Assembly (NCBI GenBank): GCA_013152795.1
Contig: JAADFS010000028.1
Span: 1-62,543, forward strand
Length of the DNA stretch: 62,543 nucleotides
DNA from: Deferribacteres bacterium
GTDB taxonomy: Bacteria > Nitrospirota > Thermodesulfovibrionia > UBA6902
Direction: 5' to 3'
Part shown: piece by piece, positions 17,537 through 23,136 of the stretch
Layout of the letters: every line of letters begins with the position of its first letter
How positions within the stretch are numbered: the stretch's first letter is position 1
The notes under the pieces: model-generated
The model's input: only the letters and a program-made list of their open reading frames with translations
What the model was told of the DNA's origin: nothing
Database searches by the model: none
Translations under genes and position numbers: made by a program

Positions 17537-17623
17537 CCTGCAGGGATAGGGTTCCGGACCCGACAAGGTGAATGCCTCCACCTTCCCTGCAGGACAACCA
17601 GAGGCATATATGGAAAGGAGGCA
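17537..17623 (+). ncRNA. structured leader element, copy 2, immediately 5' of the recombinase/Cas12-like operon
   Basis: 9-bp outer helix CCTGCAGGG/CCCTGCAGG around the same 45-nt core. Loop TGCCTCC (17573-17579) is complementary to the SD GGAGGCA (17617-17623). Confidence 0.5.
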
Positions 17624-17627
17624 TTCC

Positions 17628-18236
17628 ATGACAGCAGAGAGGACATCAACAAGGACAAGGGCCGGAGAGAACTATCTCACCGAGCAGGAAGAGAAAAGGC
17701 TTTTCAGACACCTGAAGGGCCTGAAATCCCGCCAGGCAGAGCGTGACTATGTGCTCCTGAAGCTCTGCCGGCTGACAGGGCTCAGGAGGGCTGAGGCACT
17801 GGCCCTCAATGTGGGGGATGTGATCAACCAGAAGAGAATAATCATCGACGAACGGATCGCGCGCAAGGGGGCCGTGGGGGAAGTCGGCATCCCGGTGGAA
17901 CTGCAAAAAATCATCAAGCGGTTCCTCTGGCTTAAGCGCACCTGGCGCGAAAGCCTTGATGACGAGGCCCCTCTGTTCGTGAGCAAGAGGGGCAACAGGC
18001 TCTCTCTGAGGGCCTTCAACGACCTGATGGACAAGTGGTGCAGATCGGCGGGGATCCCGCGCTATACTCCGCACGCCCTACGTCACACAAAGGCGCACAG
18101 GATACTTGAGAAGTCGGACAACCCTCCAAAGGCCCTGGTATATGTCAACAATCAACTGAGGCACAAGTCCTACAACTCGACACTCGTATACACCCTCCCT
18201 ACAAAGGAAGAGAGGGAGAAGGTGGCAGGGCTGTAA
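17628..18236 (+). CDS. minimal tyrosine recombinase (catalytic domain only)
   Basis: GLRRAEALAL (Arg), HALRHTKAH (HxxR), LRHKSYNSTLVYT (His/Tyr). About 200 aa with no N-terminal SAM-like core-binding domain. ATG 17628 preceded by AAGGAGG. Confidence 0.8.
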   Translation: MTAERTSTRTRAGENYLTEQEEKRLFRHLKGLKSRQAERDYVLLKLCRLTGLRRAEALALNVGDVINQKRIIIDERIARKGAVGEVGIPVELQKIIKRFLWLKRTWRESLDDEAPLFVSKRGNRLSLRAFNDLMDKWCRSAGIPRYTPHALRHTKAHRILEKSDNPPKALVYVNNQLRHKSYNSTLVYTLPTKEEREKVAGL

Positions 18237-18237
18237 C

Positions 18238-19761
18238 ATGGCGAACCATTTCAACAAGGGAGTCGTGTTCGGAAAACTGGCGGGGCTTGAACGGAAGAAA
18301 TCCGAAGGGGGCAAACCCTACATCCAGATATACCTCGAATGCCCGAACGATCTCCACGGGGATGCAAAGGTTTACGGCCGGATGTGGGGAGAAGACAGGG
18401 TCAATGCCTTCATGGCCGGGCTGAACAGAGACGGCAAGCTCCTCATGGGGACCGGGCTCAGGCTTGAAGGATTTTTCAGCCAATACGACGCAGAGGACGG
18501 TCTCTACTGGGCCAATGCGGCACATCTCAAGGACAAGTTCATGAATGCCTACTTCTCGTCTCTGAGGCATGGCAGGAAACTTCACTTCCATGCCTTTGAC
18601 GGCAACCTCAGGTTTGAGCATGTCTTCACATCCGGGGGGATCCCGGCTGAGAAGATCTTCACCGACAATCCAAGGCAGAAACGTATCAGGATAACTCCTA
18701 TTTCCCGGGATATCTACCAGGACAGGCAGCGGGGCATTATCTCTCAGCGGGAGATGAAACGAAAGGCGCGCACCGAGGCGTTGATAACGCTTGCAGGCCT
18801 CCAGATGAGGTTCCGGACCATATTGCACCGGCCGGTGCCGGAGGGGAGCATCCTCAAGAAAGCCGTCATCAAGCGGATCAGGACCGGGAGGTACAACTAC
18901 AGGTGGACTCTCTCGCTGACCGTAGAGGTCCCGCCGGATGATTCGATGCCCGCAGGACAGGCACCCGCCGGCAAGACGGCAGGGCTCGACGTCGGTTACA
19001 GGATGATCGACGGCCGCCTGCGTGTTGGCTATCTGGCTGGAGATGCCGGACAGATGGAGATATACCTGCCCGGCCGGATAATGGAGCGGTTCATCCATGT
19101 GCAGGAGCTGCAACAGAAGAGCGACGCCCTGCTTGAGGAGATGAAGGCACGCCTGGTCGAGATGCTCCCCGAGGGGCTCCCAGCGGAGCTGAAAGCAAAC
19201 TGGCATATGGCAAGGCACGGAAGGCTCAGAAAGATTATCCGTTGGCTTGCGGATAACAGCCCTGAACATATAGCCCTCAGGGAACTGCGGAAATGGGAGC
19301 GGCAGGATGCAGCGATACAGAATGAGAAGGAGGGACTCAGGAGGCGTGCAATCAGGCAGAGGCAATGGTTCTACTACAACCTCGCGCACAGGCTGGCCGG
19401 AGAGTATGGGACCCTTGTGATCGAATCTCTCAAGCCCGGCGACCTGCAGAGGAAGACCCAGCTTGATGACGACCGGACACTGCCCCGGAGAGCGTCTTTC
19501 TATCGAGGTATCGCTGCCGTTGGTGCTTTGCTCGACATTATTCAGGATGTCGGACGCCGAAAGGGCATGACGGTCCACAAGGTTGATCCCGCATACACCA
19601 CGTTGACCTGCCATGTCTGTGGTCATGTGGTAGAACCCGTTGACAGGGCCAGCCTGCTCTGGTGCTGCGACGGCTGCGGATCCGAGTGGGACCAGGACTA
19701 TAACGCTGCGTATAACCTCTATATGAGTGGAAGGGAGAGCAAAGAGGCAAAAGTTGCATAA
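18238..19761 (+). CDS. TnpB/Cas12-like RuvC nuclease, putative compact type V CRISPR effector
   Basis: 507 aa. RuvC-I TAGLDVGY (D251), RuvC-II TLVIESL (E396), RuvC-III WDQDYNAAYNL (D486/D488). Zinc ribbon CHVCGH..CCDGCG. DPAYTTLTC linker as in TnpB. Followed 47 nt later by a CRISPR array. Confidence 0.8.
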   Translation: MANHFNKGVVFGKLAGLERKKSEGGKPYIQIYLECPNDLHGDAKVYGRMWGEDRVNAFMAGLNRDGKLLMGTGLRLEGFFSQYDAEDGLYWANAAHLKDKFMNAYFSSLRHGRKLHFHAFDGNLRFEHVFTSGGIPAEKIFTDNPRQKRIRITPISRDIYQDRQRGIISQREMKRKARTEALITLAGLQMRFRTILHRPVPEGSILKKAVIKRIRTGRYNYRWTLSLTVEVPPDDSMPAGQAPAGKTAGLDVGYRMIDGRLRVGYLAGDAGQMEIYLPGRIMERFIHVQELQQKSDALLEEMKARLVEMLPEGLPAELKANWHMARHGRLRKIIRWLADNSPEHIALRELRKWERQDAAIQNEKEGLRRRAIRQRQWFYYNLAHRLAGEYGTLVIESLKPGDLQRKTQLDDDRTLPRRASFYRGIAAVGALLDIIQDVGRRKGMTVHKVDPAYTTLTCHVCGHVVEPVDRASLLWCCDGCGSEWDQDYNAAYNLYMSGRESKEAKVA

Positions 19762-19808
19762 CCCCGGCTTTAATATGCTGAAAAGAAACAGGAAAAGAGA
19801 GGGGTGCA

Positions 19809-20111
19809 GTAGGAAAACTGGGTCCAGGTCAGGAAGCCTGGAACAGGGACAATCCCTGAGGGGATAGGAAGGCGGGCCTGTAGGAAAACTGGGTCCAGGT
19901 CAGGAAGCCTGGAACTCCGGATGGTGATAAATTTTTCCATGTTTAAGTAGGAAAACTGGGTCCAGGTCAGGAAGCCTGGAACTGGGGATCAACGGGTTTC
20001 TTGCCGCCGCTTTCTTGGTAGGAAAACTGGGTCCAGGTCAGGAAGCCTGGAACTGGCGTTCAGGATAGCAAGTCCGTCCGCGATGCTGGGTAGGAAAACT
20101 GGGTCCGGAAC
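19809..20111 (+). CRISPR. CRISPR array: 4 identical 36-nt repeats, 1 truncated terminal repeat, 4 spacers
   Basis: Repeat GTAGGAAAACTGGGTCCAGGTCAGGAAGCCTGGAAC at 19809, 19880, 19947 and 20018. Spacers of 35, 31, 35 and 36 nt, all different. Terminal unit 20090-20111 is GTAGGAAAACTGGGTCC+GGAAC. Confidence 0.9.
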
Positions 20112-20198
20112 GACCAAGTTCACCGGTGAGCGGTAGCGAGTTCGGTGCAGCGCATTGTTGGGCCTGATGGCCTTAATCTAAATACAGGAGGTTACGCT

Positions 20199-20387
20199 AT
20201 GAAACTGAGGAACATTCTTATCATTCAGGCTATTATCGTTCTGTTCATTGGTATAGGCTGGGTGAAAAATCTTATTAAACTCGCACATTGTGATTTTGAG
20301 GCCCCATATCAGGCTGAGGTTATCTATGCCGCTGGCTTGATTCCACCTGTGGGGGCTATAACCGGCTGGCTTGACCTTGGGAAGTGA
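20199..20387 (+). CDS. small membrane protein
   Basis: ATG 20199 preceded by CAGGAGG. Two hydrophobic helices (ILIIQAIIVLFIGIGWV, IYAAGLIPPVGAITGWL). Confidence 0.45.
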   Translation: MKLRNILIIQAIIVLFIGIGWVKNLIKLAHCDFEAPYQAEVIYAAGLIPPVGAITGWLDLGK

Positions 20388-20395
20388 GGTGAATC

Positions 20396-20737
20396 ATGAA
20401 AAACAAAGGCTTTACTTTCATCGAACTTCTTATCATCCTCGCAATGGCCGGGATTGTTGCGACCATGTTCTTTGGCTTGGTCGTAAATAATCGTGGGGCA
20501 ACCGAGCGCAGGGCCTTCGCCGGGGCAGTGAAATTTGCAACCGGCAACAATATTACAGTCAAGCGCATTTCATGTGCCGGAGATTCAAACCGTGACGGAT
20601 ATGGCACTTGTGCCATTTCCACGGAAGATAATCAGCGTATAATGCTCCAGTGCCCGACAGATTATTTTGACGTTGAATGGTTCGGAGCAAGCGGCTGTAA
20701 AGAGGTTTTCCAGGATTTCAATTTTACGATTAGATGA
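20396..20737 (+). CDS. type IV pilin-like / pseudopilin protein with prepilin N-terminal methylation motif
   Basis: MKNKGFTFIELLIILAMAGIVA is the canonical G|FTxxE prepilin signal. Four Cys in the C-terminal part. Confidence 0.7.
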   Translation: MKNKGFTFIELLIILAMAGIVATMFFGLVVNNRGATERRAFAGAVKFATGNNITVKRISCAGDSNRDGYGTCAISTEDNQRIMLQCPTDYFDVEWFGASGCKEVFQDFNFTIR

Positions 20738-20765
20738 GGATAGGCTCAACCTTCAAGGAGTAGAT

Positions 20766-21107
20766 GTGGAATATAACTGGCACAGAGAAGTCATTGACAA
20801 GGCAACCAGGGCCATATCGCGGCACGCGCAGAAGCTGTACGACGAGGGCCTTGATCTCAGCGGATGGTTCTCTTTCTTTGAGAAGAATCATCCAGAGGTC
20901 TTCAGCAAGTATCTGAAGATACCCGAAAGGCTCAACAGGGCGAAGGCTAAAAACTCCATGTCGGAGTTCAAAAAGATAGCAAAAGAATACCAGGACACCG
21001 AGATATGGGCAATCAACCAGTTCGCAGAACACCTTGAGAAGGAAAAAACCAAGGCCCTTGAGGCCATGAGGGAAAAACGGAGAGATCCGCAGGAGGTGCT
21101 TATATGA
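20766..21107 (+). CDS. hypothetical protein
   Basis: GTG 20766 preceded by AAGGAG. The longer ORF from 20667 overlaps the pilin-like gene. Confidence 0.4.
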   Translation: MEYNWHREVIDKATRAISRHAQKLYDEGLDLSGWFSFFEKNHPEVFSKYLKIPERLNRAKAKNSMSEFKKIAKEYQDTEIWAINQFAEHLEKEKTKALEAMREKRRDPQEVLI

Positions 21108-21448
21108 CACATGAGGAGTTCAACGAGGTCCTCGAAGCACGATTCGAGAAAAGCCGCATGGTACTTGCAAAAAAGGCCGGAGAATACGCCCGGGGCGACC
21201 GGCTCAGCAACTTCAAGAAGGCTGCCGGTGCACTCCAGTGCACTCCGCACAAGGCCCTTGTCGGCATGTGGATGAAGCACATCATCAGCATCATCGACAT
21301 GGTCGACGACATGGAGAAAGGTAAGGACACATCTTACATTATATGGGATGAAAAGATCGGCGATGCAATCAATTACCTGATACTGCTTGATGGATTGGTC
21401 TGTGAGGGCCTTGGCGTCAAACCAACTCAAGAGGTTGAGAATGTTTGA
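21104..21448 (+). CDS. DUF1599-like (nucleotide-modification-associated domain 1) protein
   Basis: GDRLSNFKKAA..ALVGMWMKHIISIIDMV resembles the DUF1599 pattern as recalled. ATGA overlap with the upstream stop. Confidence 0.45.
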   Translation: MTHEEFNEVLEARFEKSRMVLAKKAGEYARGDRLSNFKKAAGALQCTPHKALVGMWMKHIISIIDMVDDMEKGKDTSYIIWDEKIGDAINYLILLDGLVCEGLGVKPTQEVENV

Positions 21449-22349
21449 TCGCATTGAAAAAGGCCTCTGGTGGGACAGGGCTTGGACTCTTGTGGAAGGA
21501 TGCACCAAGGTAAGCCCTGCCTGCCGGAACTGCTGGGCCGAGAGAGATGCATGGCGGAAGTCTCATCAGAAAAATGAAAAAATCAGCAGGCGGTATGAGG
21601 ATCTCCTGGATGAAAACGGACACTGGACCGGCAGGATCCGCTTGATGGAGAATTTCGACATTCCTTGCCTGATCAAGAAGATCAGAAGACCTACGGTCTT
21701 TGCAATCTGGAATGACCTGTTTCATGAGAATGTGCCCAGACTATACATTGAACACGCTCTCATTGTAATGGCGCTTCTTAAGAAACATGTCTTTCTGGTC
21801 CTGACTAAAAGAATCGACAGAGCAAAAAAGATTTTGGATACCCCTGCGCCGAATATCTGGTTCGGAGTCACAGCGGAGAATCAGGAACAGGCAAACAGGC
21901 GGATACCAACACTCATGCAGATACGAGCAGCAAAGCGGTTCGTTTCCATTGAGCCTATGCTGGGGCCCGTAATTTTAGAGAAATGGCTTGCGGACAGAAA
22001 ACTGGATTGGGTCATCCTCGGCGGTGAGACAGGCAAAAATGCCCGGCCCATGCATCCCGGTTGGGCGCGCAAGGTCCGGGACGACTGCCAGGCGGCGGGG
22101 GTGCCGTTTTTCTTTAAGCAATGGGGGGAGTGGTTGCCTGATCGCCAACTCTTCAATCACCCTCAAGGCCCGGGGGGGAAACTGATGCTTACCTTAGAGC
22201 ATAATTCACCCAAGGCGATTGCTACACGGCAAAAGCTACAAATCACAACAATTTGCCATCATGGATTTACTACCACCTTTGCCCATGTCGGCAAGAAGGC
22301 TGCTGGCGCGTTGCTTGATGGCAGGGAATGGCGCGAGGTGCCGGAGTGA
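21441..22349 (+). CDS. phage Gp37/Gp68 family protein (DUF5131)
   Basis: N-terminal WDRAWTLVEGCTKVSPACRNCWAE matches the family signature W.p..GC...S.gC..CyA. ATG 21441 overlaps the upstream stop. Confidence 0.65.
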   Translation: MFDRIEKGLWWDRAWTLVEGCTKVSPACRNCWAERDAWRKSHQKNEKISRRYEDLLDENGHWTGRIRLMENFDIPCLIKKIRRPTVFAIWNDLFHENVPRLYIEHALIVMALLKKHVFLVLTKRIDRAKKILDTPAPNIWFGVTAENQEQANRRIPTLMQIRAAKRFVSIEPMLGPVILEKWLADRKLDWVILGGETGKNARPMHPGWARKVRDDCQAAGVPFFFKQWGEWLPDRQLFNHPQGPGGKLMLTLEHNSPKAIATRQKLQITTICHHGFTTTFAHVGKKAAGALLDGREWREVPE

Positions 22350-22351
22350 AA

Positions 22352-22534
22352 ATGATTGAAGAGAAACTTGCCGAGGCTGAAAGAAAAGCTTGGGATGCCC
22401 TCGGCAGATACAAGTTCTTGATGTTCGGATATTGGGCGGCTATATGGGTGCATATGAATTCAATGTCACCTGCCAAAAGGAGCAATCCTTTCAATCGTCT
22501 GGTGCAGATGGCAAGGGAGGCAAAGAGACAATGA
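22352..22534 (+). CDS. hypothetical small protein
   Basis: ATG 22352 after GGAG. 60 aa. Ends in an ATGA overlap with the next gene. Confidence 0.35.
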   Translation: MIEEKLAEAERKAWDALGRYKFLMFGYWAAIWVHMNSMSPAKRSNPFNRLVQMAREAKRQ

Positions 22535-23103
22535 CTGAGCGTCCTATAATTATGACAACTTCTATGGTGCGGGGCATTCTTTTCGGGCGAAAAACGCAGA
22601 CAAGGAGACTGGCAAGGCGGAGAACATGCCCCTATGGAGCCCCTGGCGACCGGCTGTGGGTAAGAGAGACGTGGGCCCACCACAAGGCATGCAACCGTGC
22701 CGAGCATGATCACGATACAGGGTGTCTTTTGTACAAGGCAGACCATATTGAAAATGTCTGGAACGATAAAACTCGCTGGATACATATATGGTATGAGAAA
22801 AAGCCCTCTATTCATATGCCTCGGTGGGCATCGAGGATACTTCTTGAAATAGTCAGCGTCAGGGCAGAAAGAATTCAGGATATAAGTATTGAGGATATTC
22901 ACGCAGAGGGTATTGATAGATGGGAAGACTTTGAAGGTGGAAAACATCTATCAGTTTATCAGGCTCAAGGGGCCTTTAAAAATTTTTGGAATTCACTCTA
23001 CGCCAAGAGTGGGTACGGATGGGATGCAAATCCAGTGGTATGGAGGATAGAGTTCAGAGTATTACACGACTTGTGCCGTGCAGGTCTGCCGCTTATGAAA
23101 TGA
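22531..23103 (+). CDS. ASCH-like domain protein
   Basis: MTERPIIMTTSMVRGILFGRKTQTRR..GDRLWVRETW is the pattern common to phage ASCH-type proteins. Confidence 0.45.
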   Translation: MTERPIIMTTSMVRGILFGRKTQTRRLARRRTCPYGAPGDRLWVRETWAHHKACNRAEHDHDTGCLLYKADHIENVWNDKTRWIHIWYEKKPSIHMPRWASRILLEIVSVRAERIQDISIEDIHAEGIDRWEDFEGGKHLSVYQAQGAFKNFWNSLYAKSGYGWDANPVVWRIEFRVLHDLCRAGLPLMK

Positions 23104-23136
23104 AAGGATGGATCTTTATGTGGCTGGAAACGGGCC

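Noticed and set aside
16665-17593. The idea that the two palindromic elements flanking the Cys-rich gene are integron attC-like sites serviced by the adjacent tyrosine recombinase.
   Set aside because: - In attC sites the outer R/L boxes are conserved and the centre varies. Here the centre is identical and the outer stem varies.
- Both copies sit at a fixed distance from an SD, which fits an RNA leader better.
- There is no GTTRRRY core.
18199-19626. 475-aa ORF on the minus strand opposite the Cas12-like gene. Similar long antisense ORFs occur at 23116..24165, 10441..12120, 7201..8352, 41330..42241, 46474..47247, 51496..52287 and 52752..53399.
   Set aside because: They are shadow ORFs opposite genes with clear catalytic motifs. 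Their sequences are low-complexity and Pro/Arg/Gly/Ser-rich, with no SD or recognisable motif.
19845-20089. Self-targeting by the four spacers against this window.
   Set aside because: - Scanning by eye gave only short chance matches. One is 12 nt of spacer 2's reverse complement at about 5717. Another is 9 nt of spacer 1 (GGGGATAGG) in the leader element.
- An exhaustive search was not possible, so this is unverified rather than disproved.
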